NCBI RefSeq assembly: GCF_006345805.1 | Contig: NC_043006.1 | Coordinates: 102,238,001 to 102,302,000, forward strand | DNA length: 64,000 nt | DNA from: Octopus sinensis | Taxonomy: Eukaryota | Direction of reading: 5' to 3' | Shown here: in pieces, positions 12,807-25,335 of the stretch | Numbering within the stretch: the first letter of the stretch is position 1 | Layout: each line of letters starts with the position of its first letter | Notes under the pieces: model-generated | What the model was told of the DNA's origin: nothing | What the model saw: the letters and a program-made list of their open reading frames with translations, nothing else | Database searches by the model: none | Program-made: the position numbers and the translations under genes

Positions 12807-14954
12807 GTGAGTTTTGTTTTGTTTTTGTTTTTTTTGTTTGTTTTTTATTTTTTAAAGTAGTATAGTTAACTGCGGTTTGACCCCTTTACCATTTAAACTG
12901 GTTATATCCAACCTGAATATTCTACCTGTTTTATGTTCAAACTAACCAGATCCTGTCTTTCACACCTACCCTACAATGTTACTCTAAAAATAAATAATCA
13001 CATCATTGAAATCCCAAAGCTACAAGATAAGACATGATTAACTGAAAGCACTCCTTTCACCTTCCTAACCTCTTCTACTAACAGCATTACCCTGTTGTTG
13101 CTCTGTACTAGACCACAACTATGTTTTTGGAGACACACCAGCACATCGACATCAAAAATTATCCACACTTTTGCCAAAACTTTCTTTAGTTTAGCCACAC
13201 TGCCTTCAGTATTTGCATGCTAAAAGTGTTACTTTTGTGGTTATATAACCGATTCTTGACCTTGGTCACTCCAGTTTCCTTTCTTATGTTACAGAGTAAA
13301 CGTGGCTGCTCTGCTGGCAGTGTGCATCAAGGAAGAACTAAAATCAGTGATCTGATGTCTCTGCTCTGAAGGTGTGTCAGGGGCTGAAATTTATTGCAGG
13401 CTTTCAATACAATACAGGACAGTACATTACCATGTAGAAACTTATTTTAAGAAACCCAAGAATATGAGATGACCATAAGTTGAGCCCTTGTTATTAAATA
13501 AATCATTGGCACTGTGCTTTTTGTGGAAAGATGATTTTTTCTATTCGTCAACTGTGTGGTTATTGGAGCATTTGTTGATGATGCTGGAACCAGGTTTCAC
13601 TACTTCTGTGAGTCACTGAAATTGAGGTCAATCCACTTTCTTATGTTATCCTGGATGACAGCCATTTTAGTATGGGTTCTGATCTGGTTGTCATCTTCAT
13701 GAATGTATCATGGGCAAGTTAGCTTGGCAGTGCCCATTCCTCTCCAAGCTGTGAGCCACAACCATATGCCTCTACTTGGGAGACAATTTGACCCCAATTA
13801 CTAAATTGTTGACCTGAGCAGGTTCCTCCTCACTAGCCAGTGTCTCTTTGGGATGCCTTAATCTTTTACCTACTGATGCAGTGTTAACACCATCCCCTCC
13901 CTTGGTTTTTCCCACTAGTTGAAATGGGAGTACTGGGGTGTGGCACTAGAAGCCATCAATTGGGAGATTAGGAGTTGAATGAGGACAAGTGGTACCTGTC
14001 CAACTGATCATCCCCAGCAAGGTGCAGCTGTCAGACCCAAAGGTCCTTCCTCTATTCAGCAGCCTCTTTCACTCCAATTTTCTTAATACCAACCTCAAAA
14101 ATCATTACCAGAGAGGACCCCATTTTCCAGTTAGTAGGACTGTAACAAACAGACATAGGCTTTGATTGAAAGATCCTTACAGTGCTTAATACAGTGGTTT
14201 GAACTCATAATCCTAAAGATTGGCTTATAAAATGCACAAATGGATTAATGCTCTTGTACCAAGAAAAGAGGAGAATTCTGATCTTTTAATGTAAAGTCCT
14301 TCTTCAAGAAAGATTTCTGAACCAAATTTTTCCATTGCAGGCAACTTCAAATGCTGATGTTTATAACATAGTTTAATATATTCCGAATGACTCAATCACT
14401 AAGCATCAGTATATCGCAGAATCATAAAATTCTGGCTTAATTTTTGTTTTAGTTTATCAGTTTCTCAATATAAACTATCAGTGTCTTTCCATTTAATTCC
14501 ATTTCAAACTGCATACGCAATCACATTCTTGCAAGCTTAGTTACTCGCTAAATCCATGTCTTCTAAATTATCTGCTTATATTTAACATCTTCTTGCTGCA
14601 TATCTCTTCTGTATGGTCATACTGCTTCAATCTTCTCCAACACAAATCACACACATACATCTTGCATTTGTAATCCTGAAATGCATTCCGTGCTTGTCTT
14701 AGCTCACTGTTCATGAATGAATCAATTCTCATCCACATTGACATGAATACAACACTTAGCAATTTGCTTGCTTCAAACTTTTAGAAGTTAATAAATTTAA
14801 ATCTTCTGAACACTTGGTACTTCATATATTCCCTTAGTACAAGCTATTGTGACTAAAACTTCATTTAGCAGAACAAACTTCTGTTAGTTCAAAGATATTA
14901 GAATTACATGAAAAAGTAAAAGATTATTATTATTATTATTATTATTACATAAAA

Positions 14955-15167
14955 TGTACTGGTGATGATGCCATGTAAGAAGCACTGGGTATGGTGCCAC
15001 GTAAAAAGTACCCAGTAGACTCTATGAAGTGGTGGGCATTAGGAAGGGCATCCCGCTGTAGAAACCAAGCCAAGAGAGACTATGGAACGTGGTATGGACC
15101 CTGGCCTTGCCAGCTCCTGTCAAGCCATCTAACCCATACCAGCATGGAAAGCTGACATTAAATGATG

Positions 15168-15170
<3 letters not shown>
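14955..15170 (+). mobile_element. RTE-type 3' end fragment
   Basis: GGTGCCACGTAAAAAGTACCC..AGGAAGGGCATCC..AACCCATACCAGCATGGAAAG..TTAAATGATGAT as in the RTE at 6395-7375. Confidence 0.75.
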
Positions 15171-15212
<42 letters not shown>

Positions 15213-15217
<5 letters not shown>

Positions 15218-15415
15218 GGGAGCCAGTTGGTAGGATCATTATCATGCTGAACAAAATGTTTAGCAGCATTTCATCCTTCTTTACATTCCGAGTTCAAATT
15301 TCACCAAGGTCAACTTTACTTTCATGGGATCAGTGAAATAGATACCAGTTGTGCACTGGGGTCAATGTAATCAATTTGCCTCTCTCCCAAATTTCAGGCT
15401 TTGTGGCCTACAGCA
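15213..15415 (+). mobile_element. tRNA-derived SINE family B after a (TTA)n tract
   Basis: CTGAGTTCAAAT-like B box, core CTTTACTTTCATGGGATCAGTGAAATAGATACCAG..CACTGGGGTC, tail CCCAAATTTCAGGC. Confidence 0.75.
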
Positions 15416-15429
15416 GAAAGGATTATTTT

Positions 15430-15435
15430 TGTTAC

Positions 15436-15510
<75 letters not shown>

Positions 15511-15530
15511 CAGCAGCAGCAGCAGTAGTA
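15430..15530. repeat. Compound microsatellite (TTA)n-(TAG)n-(CAG)n
   Basis: Read directly; explains poly-L/V/T/N ORFs at 15351-15657. Confidence 0.95.
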
Positions 15531-16429
15531 AGCTGGGATTGCACATAGAATGGATTGTTATATTTCCACTGTAAATATAGATATTGGATAGAATGAGACT
15601 GGGTAAAGATAGACATAGGATAGACAATTTACAAAGAGAATTCATAGAGATAGACATTAGGGAGAGAGAGAAATATACAGAGAACAGTTAAACATATAGA
15701 CATTAAATAAACAGAATATAATATATGGATAAACATAGACATTGGATAGACAGCATATAAAGAAAGTGGACGGTTAAATTTATATACACAGGACACAGGG
15801 TAGAGAGACTATAAAGAAAACTGCTAGATTTTGGTAGCAAGAGTGTGTATCTATGTGTGTGTGTGTGTGCATGTGTGTGTGTGTGTGTATATATACATAC
15901 ATATATATATATATATATACATATATATATACATATATATATATATGTGTATATATACATATATATATATATATATACATCATCATTTAGCGTCTGCTTT
16001 ACGATGATGTATATATATATATATATGTGTATATATATACATATATATATGTATGTATACATATATATGGATAGACAGAATATGAAGAGAATATATGAAC
16101 AAGGACAAAGGACATTATATAAAGAGAATAGATAAATATACTTTGGATAACGAGAAACAATGTAAAGATAGTGGATAAGCATATAGATTTTGGATAGACA
16201 GAGTATCAGGGGAATAGGTAGAGATAGATATTTGATAGGCAGTTAATATAATGCTTTGCTTTTGCTTTTTCTTGACTCTCATATCCAATGGTCATGCCCT
16301 GTCAGTTTCAAGACACACTTTCTTCTTATCAACAGCCACAATCTCTGGTTTGTTGTATAGCAGTGGTTTCCAAACTTTTTAGAGTCGCGACCCACTATTT
16401 ATCACACCAGTTTATGACGACCCACTTAA

Positions 16430-16850
16430 CTCTACTCTTTACTCTTTACTCTTTTACTTGTTTCAGTCATTTGACTGCGGCCATGCTGGAGCACCGCCTT
16501 TAGTCGAGCAAATCGACCCCGGAACTTATTCTTTGTAAGCCCAGTACTTATTCTATCGGTCTCTTTTGCCGAACCGCTAAGTGATGGGGATGTAAACACA
16601 CCAGCATCGGTTGTCAGGCAATGCTAGGGGGACAAACACAGACACACAAACACACGCACACATACATATATACATATACATATATACGACAGGCTTCTTT
16701 CAGTTTCCGTCTACCAAATCCACTCACAAGGCATTGGTCAGCCCGGGGCTATAGCAGAAGACACTTGCCCAAGATGCCACGCAGTGGGACTGAACCCGGA
16801 ACCATGTGGTTGGTTAGCAAGCTACTTATCACACAGCCACGCCTGCGCCT
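16430..16850 (-). mobile_element. SINE family A, full length, inside the hAT element
   Basis: Reverse complement of the family A sequence. Confidence 0.92.
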
Positions 16851-16891
16851 ACTGAGTAAAAACATTAATGAAATTAACAAATTTATTTCAG

Positions 16892-17404
16892 ACTAGCAGT
16901 ATCGCCCGGCGTTGCTCGGGTTTGTAAGGGAAATAACTATATAAGCATTTTTAGAGAGTTACTTCCCTTATAGATGCCGATTCGGGCTTTCTTAGCCATT
17001 TCTGTTTTGGTGTCTTCAAGCCATGAAGTCGTTGTTCTAAAAGAACGCTGGTCTCCTTGACAACGCTTTACGACGTTGATTTCCTTACGCTCCCTTCCCC
17101 ACAGCTTCACGAGGGAGGGAAGAAGGGGGAGAAGCAAACACAGGTGCAGGTGTTTGAGCGTGGACGCCAACTCCGCCGCCATCGACACACGAAAAATTAT
17201 GCATTAAAATGGAATAAAAAATGATGTTAAATTATTTTTAAAATCGTAGACTCATCGTAGGCGCGCGCTAATAGCCAGACGGGCTCGATATTAGATATAA
17301 GATACCCGAATTTGGTTAAACTGCACCGCAAAATGTGGGAGGAGTTAGGGATCTAAATCGTAGGAGACAGACACTCACACAACTACAGTTTTATATATAT
17401 AGAT
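16892..17404. mobile_element. Helitron/Helentron-associated non-autonomous element (HINE/Lep1-like)
   Basis: Starts ACTAGCAGTATCGCCCGGCGTTGCTCGGG (subterminal hairpin), ends GGAGGAGTTAGG..ACAGACACTCACACAACTACAGTTTTATATATATAGAT; no TSD seen. Termini resemble insect Lep1/HINE elements from memory. Confidence 0.6.
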
Positions 17405-17411
17405 TACATCT

Positions 17412-17640
17412 TCAGTGAGGCCTGTGAGAAGGATGAGCCTGTTTCTTGCTTTGCTCAATAATAGAATTAACATCAGGTTCAATGCGTGATAGTTTCAGGC
17501 GTAAAGAATTTGAGAGTTGCAGATTATTTCGATATTTGCTTGTAATCCCAACCCTTGCTGAAAATCCAGCTTCACAAATATAAGATGACCTGAAAGGGAG
17601 AAGTACTTTTAATCCCTTCGGTGGAAATGGTTGGGTACAG
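17412..17640 (-). pseudogene. hAT transposase C-terminal dimerization-domain remnant
   Basis: LKVLLPFRSSYICEAGFS..SKYRNNL..LRLKLSRIEPDV..QAHPSH matches the Charlie/Buster pattern LLPFxTTYLCExGFS..KxRNRL..QAHPSH. Confidence 0.85.
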
Positions 17641-17711
17641 GGTTTGAAGAACTGTACCAATTTTCGGGTGTTAAAAGTCATTTTCAAGGAAGAGTCTTCG
17701 GATAAATCGAT

Positions 17712-17850
17712 CGGTTCGGCAAAAGAGACTGATAGAATAAGTACTGGGCTTACAAAGAATAAGTCCCGGGGTCGATTTGCTCGACTGAAGGCGGTGCTCC
17801 AGCATGGCCGCAGTCAAATGACTGAAACAAGTAAAAGAGTAAAAGAGTAA
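17712..17850 (+). mobile_element. SINE family A 3' fragment
   Basis: GGTTCGGCAAAAGAGAC..GACTGAAACAAGTAAAAGAGTAAAAGAG. Confidence 0.9.
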
Positions 17851-18879
17851 ACGCGTAATTTTATAACTTTTTGCGACCCACAAAGATACCGTTCGCGACC
17901 CATCTGTGGGTCGCGACTCATAGTTTGGGAACCACTGTTGTATAGTATTCTCCTTTCAGTTTGTATTGGAAAGTCCTGTAAAATCTCATTTTATCATTTT
18001 AAAAGACTCCTTTCTATTCTTGAAAAATGGTCATTGCTCTTTTCTGTGCATACAAAACCAAACCTCTTGTAAATGTTCCAGTGAATTGTTTGAAACAATT
18101 TTATCTTTTCTAAGCTTGTCATCCTTGTTTTGAGCTAACTGAGCATTGAAATACAATTGTGAACTATTGTATTATCCTGTGTGTTATCAACACACATTCT
18201 ACATTTGGGTGAACAGTCTTCTTTATCTATCCAATTTCTCATTTAAACATGTTCCTGTGCTGTAAAAAATCGTTTCTTCCGTCTCTTTCTTCAATACTAT
18301 CTTAAACCAGAATTTGATATCCGTATCACCCCTTATCTATTTTGTCTTTTAAAAAAAACACTGAATAAAGATTCTTTCCTTCAAAGTTTAACTTCCTTTT
18401 TCCTATGTTTTATTGTTCTTTTTCCCTATGGGCTCTGCTAATCCAGTAAATAGTTCTACACTTATCACCTCAAGAACTTCTTTCCTAAGCTTTTTATCTC
18501 TCGTTTCATTACCTCTTCGACAATCATTTTCGTTTTTACCTTCAGTATAAGTGGTTCACATTTGATTGGAGGGTGCATGCTTCTATGCATTGTGTGTCGT
18601 TACCTTTTCTTGAGGATATCCTTCAGCTCATCTTTTCTGCACCCTGTGATTCTTTCTTTATATCTTACTGGCAGAACACCCTTCAAGTTTATTGCTTATA
18701 TGAGATTTCCTACTTTTAATGTGGTTTCTAAAATCTTTATTCTATGAAAATATTCTCCACTGTGAACTTCTTCAATTTCTATTCTTCTAATTTTATCATT
18801 TCCCCCTATTGCAAGATACTTATAGGTTCCTTCATTATTGTTGTTGTTGTTGTTTTTGTTGTTGTGGCTGTTGTTGTTA

Positions 18880-21075
18880 TGCCTGACTTGTTTGTGGGCC
18901 TCTTAGCAAAAATTTACTGCAACTGGCAACAGAGTGGGAGAATTCCCACTTTTGTCTGTCAAGGGGTGGTGGAACTGCTGAGAAAGGACCAAAACAAGGG
19001 GGGCGTTAAAGAAAATTTCAGGCCCATCACTCTGCTCAATGCAGAGTTGAAGATTTTGGCCAAGGTGTTGACCAAGAGGTTGATGCTTGTTTTGGACGAA
19101 CTGGTTGGTGAGGCGCAAACCTGCACCATCCCAACCAGGAGTATTTGTGATAGCCTCTATCTTATGTGCTACATCATAGAGAGGGTAGGTAATAAAGTTG
19201 GCATGGGTGGGGCTCTGATCAATTTAGATCAATCTAAAGCTTTTGATAGGGTCAACCCTCAATACTTGGCAGGTGTCCTCAAGGCAGCCGGTTTTGGTCC
19301 TATTCTCCATAATTGAATCACTGCTTTGTACAGCGGCATCTGCTCAGTTGTTTGGAGCCATTCAGCATCTTGCATTCGCTCCGTCTCTCCTCCCTTCTGT
19401 ATGTACTGACTCTTGAGCCCTTGCTGCGGAAGTTGGAGGCTTTGAGGAGTGTCCCACATGATCTAGGATGTGAGAAAAGTGTGTCTGCTTACGCTGATGA
19501 TGTCACCATCATAGTATCAAACCACAGGTATATTGACCTGATTGGCAAAACACTACAGGAATATGAAGTAATGACAGGAGCAAAAATTAATGCAGAAAAG
19601 TCACTGGGCTTGCCACATCGCACCTGGAGAGGCAAGTCCATGCCATTCAACAGCATGGTGGAGCAGATGGTCCCGTTCAGCTGCTCAGAGTTTGGTTTGG
19701 CCCGGACTTCCAGGTGGAGAAAAACTGGGATGAGGTGACAAGCAGGGTAGCCAATCTCACCCAGAAATGGGCCTAGAGGAAGCTGTCCCTGAAAGGTCGA
19801 GCAGAGGTGGCAAATGCGAATATCGCATCTATCATCTGTTACCACCTGACTGTCATCCCTTGCTCAGTTTGCTGGTTGACCAAGCTGGTGCGCTTACTCT
19901 TCCGCTTTCTGTGGAAGGGATGTCTTCCATTGGTCAGGCATTTCATCTGCTGTCAACAGCTGCTGAATGGAGGGCTGGACATGCCGTGGTTACTGATGCA
20001 CAGACATGTGCTGAGGTTGTGACATCTCCAGCATTTCCTTGATGGTGAGCAGGTGTGGTCACTGTTTGTAAGAGACACTTTTCCACAGGTCATCTCTTTG
20101 ACTGAGCTGCAACCCTGGATTAGGCATAGACTGAGGAGGGGCGCTTGGCACCTTGAGTGCTGACAGGTGCCCACAGCCCTCCACCAGGTGGGCAATGCAG
20201 TCAGTGATAGTTCCACTCTAGTGTTTTATAGAGGGCAAGTGGTGGGAAAGTGCAACGACATTCTCGGAAAACTCTGGGCGTCAATGAAGATCAACTAACC
20301 GGCCTGTTTCGGAGAACTTTCATGCCTAGACCTATGAATGACTTGCAGAAATCCCTTGCCTAGGGGTGCTACCGAGGGGTGCTGCCTGTTTGGGATAAAC
20401 TTTACAGACATGGAAGCGCTGTCAACCGGGCCTGCCTGAGGTGTGCCCAGAACGATGAAGCTGTTCTGCATGCCCTAGTCTAGTGCCCAAATGTTGTTGA
20501 CCTGTGGGTTTACGCCGAACACCTACTGTCACATGTGGGATGAATCTGGCTATCAGCTGAATCCATTGTGAAGATTGCCCCCCTCCCCCTGGCCTCTTTT
20601 GGCCAGGAAGGATCAGCAATTTTTATTTGTCTAGTTGCTATAGCAAAAGAGGTAGTATGGTGGACCCATCTGAAAGGGCACTTTCCTCTTTGGCCAAACC
20701 CTCATCAACTTTTCCAAGTTCCACTTGAGACTGAAGTTGAGGGCGGAGAGGGAAGTGTTGCTTTGTAGCAAGTTTGTTGAAAGGTGGGTGAATATTGGAA
20801 GAATGGCCAGTGTAAAAGGACCAATTCTGATTGTGCACCTGTAAAAAAAAGGGGAAGGGCTCTTGCCCTGTTATTCAGGCACCTGTGATTTTTGTGGGTT
20901 TTTCCATGAGGACCTTAAAGCACCAACTCTATTGGGAGTTTAATTTGTTTAATTTTTAACTGTTATTTATGAAGTGTACATACGAAAGCCCATTGTATCG
21001 TCCTGTTTTTGTCTTTAATGTTGCTGTTTGTCAATTAATGTTTTGTATGTGAGCCCTTGTGGCCAATAAAGGAAT
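18880..21075 (+). mobile_element. Tx1/L1-clade LINE, 5'-truncated ORF2 (RT to C-terminal CCHC) and 3' UTR
   Basis: NFRPITLLNAELKILAK, DQSKAFDRV, SAYADDVTI (YADD 19490-19501), C-terminal CLRCAQNDEAVLHALV*CP from 20433; ends GCCCTTGTGGCCAATAAAGGAA; stops and frameshifts present. Confidence 0.92.
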
Positions 21076-21677
21076 TAATTATTATTATTATTGTTATTAA
21101 TATCAATATTATTGTTATTGTTGTTGTTGTTCCTCTGCCTCCTCCTCTTCCTCCTTCCTGATGTCAATTTAGCCTTTCATCCTTTTGAGATTGATAAAGT
21201 ACCAGTGCAGGAGTTGATTTAATCAACTAAATCCTTCCCACTGAATCTCAGTTCTTGTGCCTTGACTGAAATCAATAATTAGTTTTATATTCATTATTTT
21301 GAATTGAATGAACATCTTTGAACAGGCTGTGCAAAAGAATTTGATTTGCCACACTTGTATTTAAATGAATAAATTTCTCTTTAAATAACTTTCCGGAACA
21401 AAAAGTTTGGACATTTCAGTGTCTAGCCTACTTACTTTCGGGTGGCAAAAAAATAATATTTGTCTTAGAACTTTGTACATTTTATATTTTGTAAATATTT
21501 CATTAATTCTTATTTCAACTTGACTTACTCTTATGGAGGTGTGGTAAGAGATGTTCACTTTAGTAGTGGTAGTGGAAATATTAACAAATGTGCTCTCTGA
21601 TGTTCAGATCCCAAACAGCAGAAATAAAAAAAATAAAAAAAGACAAAGACAGTCAGCAAAAAGAAAACAACTTTAAA

Positions 21678-22078
21678 CAAGGAGTGGCTGTGTGGTAAGT
21701 AGCTTGCTAACCAACCACATGGTTCCGGGTTCAGTCCCACTGCATGGCATCTTGGGCAAGTGTCTTCTGCTATAGCCCCAGGCCGACCAATGCCTTGTGA
21801 GTGGATTTGGTAGACGGAAACTGAAAGAAGCCTGTCGTATATATGTATATATATATAAGTGTGTGTGTATATGTTTGTGTGTCTGTGTTTGTCCCCCTAG
21901 CATTGCTTGACAACTGATGCTGGTGTGTTTACGTCCCCGTCACATAGCGGTTCGGCAAAAGAGACTGATAGAATAAGTACTGGGCTTACAAAGAATAAGT
22001 CCCGGGGTCGATTTGCTCGACTAAAGGCGGTGCTCCAGCATGGCCGCAGTCAAATGACTGAAACAAGTAAAAGAGTAT
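21678..22078 (+). mobile_element. SINE family A, near full length
   Basis: Close match to the other family A copies. Confidence 0.92.
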
Positions 22079-23910
22079 AACAAACATCTCATCTCATCTT
22101 CTTCACCTACTTGTTCTTGGGTATGTCTTCACCCACTTATTCTTGGGCAAGTCAAAGGGGCAAAGTCCTCAAGTACACCTTCTATCAGGTCCTGTCACAA
22201 GCAAGTATCTTCAATTGATTTGACTGAAAGCACCCTCTATCTTTTAGCAGTACAGAGATAGGTTACCCTCCTTCTTGCCTGCTCTAGAATGTAGAAGATA
22301 AACTCAATCTGAATACCACAGCTACTACTGTTCAGCTTATTATAAGTGCTGTGCATTGTATGTCGTGTGATAGATTTAGGAATGATCTCAGTTCCATGAA
22401 GTAACTAAACCAAAGCACTACAAGATAACTTATTGAGCTCCTACTCTGAAAAGACACACCAGTTTGATTATATAATACATTATTTTATTGTCTCTATGAG
22501 TTAACTTTACCTTTCAGTCTCCTGAATGTTAGTAACCACTCATAATACATCTTTCTTGTAACTTATAAGAAGTTATTATCATAATTAAAATATGTCTGGA
22601 ATAAATTTCAAAAGACAAAAAGAAACAAGCTAAATTATCGCAGATCTATATAGTCTATAATGGTAGTTAATTAGCTGATCTCGACAAACTTGAAATATTA
22701 GAATGCCATTAATCATCAATAAAATGCCAATGACCTAAGCTATAGAAGAGATGGTAGAATCTTACAAAGCTGTAAGCTTTCTCCTGTGGTATACACACTG
22801 ATTGAAATGGGTTATCAAGTGAAGTTACTGAATTATAGACCTCTTGTTTATTGGAAAGTAAACTTGATAAATATTTTGAGAGCAATAATATTTAGATATC
22901 CTTCTGAAATACTGAAATAATTCATGACAAACAAGCCAACTCATACTAACATAAAAGTAATATTAGCAAAGAAAGACGGACATTAAAGAAACTTCCGTAT
23001 TACAAAGTGTAAGGACTTTTAATATATTTGCACTGCTGACTAGGACTTCTATTATCCCAAACAGGACTCTATAGAGTTAAAATACTCTTTTTGTTAAAGG
23101 GTTACAAGTTGAAGAAATCATTGTAAGTGAGAGATGTGAATCACCTTGACTAAACACAGCCATAAAAGATAATTGAAATAAAAATAAGTTTTGATACAGT
23201 CAGTGCTGATGAGTTCTTTCATACAATTTACAATGAAATTGTATATTTATGTGTGTAGCTTTACACTTGTGTGTGTAGCTTTACACTTGGGTGTAGCTTT
23301 ACTTATCCAACACCAGCTTCAAATTTTCGTTTAAAAAAAAAGTATTATATGTGTATTAGAGAATCATTCTTCTAAAAGTGTTATTGGTACAACTTTGTTC
23401 TTGAGTCACTGGTTGAATCATACAAGAGAAACCACTAATCTGGTATAACCATACAATGAAAATGGTTAGTACTTGTTTTGTGTAACTTAGATAGTAATAA
23501 CAAAGTAGACCAATTTTGCAAATGAGATTTCTCAGTCTTTTGAGTAAAAATGGAAAATATAGAGACTGGAAACTACAGTTTTACATTAATATATTTAAGG
23601 AGAGTCACTGTGACAGTGCTACCCCTACTCAAGTTACAGGATATGTTGGACTCCCTGTACATCGTCATCATTTCAAAATGCATTTTTCCATGCTTGCCTG
23701 TGTCAAATAGAATTTATTGATGCAGATATTCTATGGCTGGATGCATGCCTGTCACCAACCCACAACCAATCAAGGTAATATTTCCTCATGGCTAGACATG
23801 TTTCCACAGAAGAATGCAAATGAATGATACCATATGTAGGACAGTAACGCTCATTTTCAAATATCATATGTCAAGACAAGGGGACACACACACCTGCACA
23901 CACACACAAA

Positions 23911-24743
23911 TGAGGTGGTATCAAAAAGTTCCAGGACCAGTTATGTTTAGCCATGCACTGGTCTCAGCATTCCTGTAACTTTTGGAATCTAGCTGAAAGT
24001 TATTTTCCATACGCAAGTCGAGGACCTTCTGTGATTCACTTTGGATCCCAAAGATGATGTTAAAACAGTGACCTTTGAGCTATATTTTTGTCTTGAGGAA
24101 GAAATGGAAGTCCAAGATGGTAAATCTGGTGAACAGCTGGGTGCGGAAGAAATACCATGTTGTTTTGGCAACAAACTGAGGAGTGAGGAGAGCTCAGTGA
24201 CAGTGTGTTATTGTCATGAAGAATCCAATTCTTCTCACTCCACAGATCCGGTCACTTTTGCCAAATGTCCTTCCCCAGATGCTTCAAAACATCATGACAG
24301 AACTCTCTTAGGGGATGAATTCCCGATGCACAATACCACATTTCCAGGGTGGCACTCATAGTAGGTCTTCCAGATCACCCATCATCTTCCAGGGATATTC
24401 TTCCGCTTTTGAAGTGCCTGTGCCACTCAAACCATTCATATGACCCCTTACCTCATCGCCTTAAGCTTGCCAAAGCATGCTCAATGTCTCTGTAGCAGAC
24501 TTCCCAAGTTTAACACAAAATTTTATGTTGGCTTTTTGTTCCTGTTCATAACAAAATCACAGACTACAGCATACACCTGATCACAAAAGCACAAATTTCA
24601 CAACTTGTGAAGTAAACACAGCAATATCACTCAGAACACTGCCTCATGAAGATCGCTGCTGGCTCTCACAGCACACACAACCATGTGCTGCCATCTGTTG
24701 GCACACTACTGAACTAGTCCAGGAACTTTTTGATACCACCTTG
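23911..24743 (-). mobile_element. Mariner element relic with TIRs
   Basis: TIR GAGGTGGTATCAAAAAGTTCCAGGAC and inverse GTCCAGGAACTTTTTGATACCACC; minus-strand LHDNN and frameshifted SPDL motifs. Confidence 0.8.
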
Positions 24744-24779
24744 TACATATATAGTAGGCTTCTTTCAACCTTCTTTACC

Positions 24780-25335
24780 TTATCCATTCACAAGGCTCTG
24801 CTTGGCTTGAAAGTATAGTTGAAGACAACATTTGCCTAAATGCCACACACTGAGACTGAACTCAAAACCTCATGGTTGGAAAGCAAACTCCCTAACCATG
24901 CTGCCATGCCTTACAATGATTTCACTACTTGGATTATTAGCTGTACCACCTATTGGTGCTTTTATCTTGTTTCAATCATTAGAATGTGGCCATGCTGGGC
25001 CTTGAAGGATTTTAGTTTAACACCTTGACTCCAGTAATCATTGTTTTTTAGCCTGGCACTTACCCTATCAGACTCTTCTGCCAAATCCCTAATTCACGGG
25101 TACAGAGACACACCAAGACTTGTTGTCAAGCAGTGGGGGGGGGACAAACACACTCACACACACATTTATATGATAGGCTTCTTTCAGTTTCCATCTACCA
25201 AGTCCACTCATAAGGCTTTGTTTGGCCAAGGCTGTAGTAGAAGACACTTTCCCAATGTACCACACAGTGGCACTGAATCCAGAACTATGTAGTTGGGAAG
25301 CAAACCTCTTACCACACAGCTATGCCAGCACCTTT
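24780..25335 (-). mobile_element. Two decayed SINE family A pieces
   Basis: Reverse-complement heads near 24780-24910 and 25035-25335. Confidence 0.75.

Larger units (their letters stand above)
16361..17937 (-). mobile_element. hAT (Charlie/Buster-type) deletion derivative with nested inserts
   Basis: TIRs CAGTGGTTTCCAAACT / AGTTTGGGAACCACTG; exact 8-bp TSD TTGTATAG at 16353-16360 and 17938-17945; subterminal GTCGCGACCCA repeats. Confidence 0.9.
16250..18835 (-). mobile_element. Decayed R4/Dong-like (restriction-like endonuclease) non-LTR element, split by the hAT insertion
   Basis: Minus-strand remnants in order: YKYLAI (near 18810), MHRSMHP.S.V..LY (near 18580), LKKETEETIF and CRMC..TIVH (18200-18310), DFPIQTERRILYN (17940-17980), continuing beyond the hAT as YNKPEIVAVDKKK (16320-16360). 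Many stops and frameshifts. Confidence 0.65.

Noticed and set aside
13210-14170. Possible decayed retroelement coding sequence
   Set aside because: Composition looks TE-like but I could not read any diagnostic motif in either strand.
18744-19316. 190-aa ORF as an intact gene with hydrophobic N-terminus
   Set aside because: The N-terminal part is the antisense of the R4-like relic plus a (GTT)n tract; only the C-terminal part is Tx1 RT, and it stops at 19316.
23206-23240. Hammerhead core CTGATGA..GAAA
   Set aside because: The intervening sequence does not form stem II and no flanking stems were evident.
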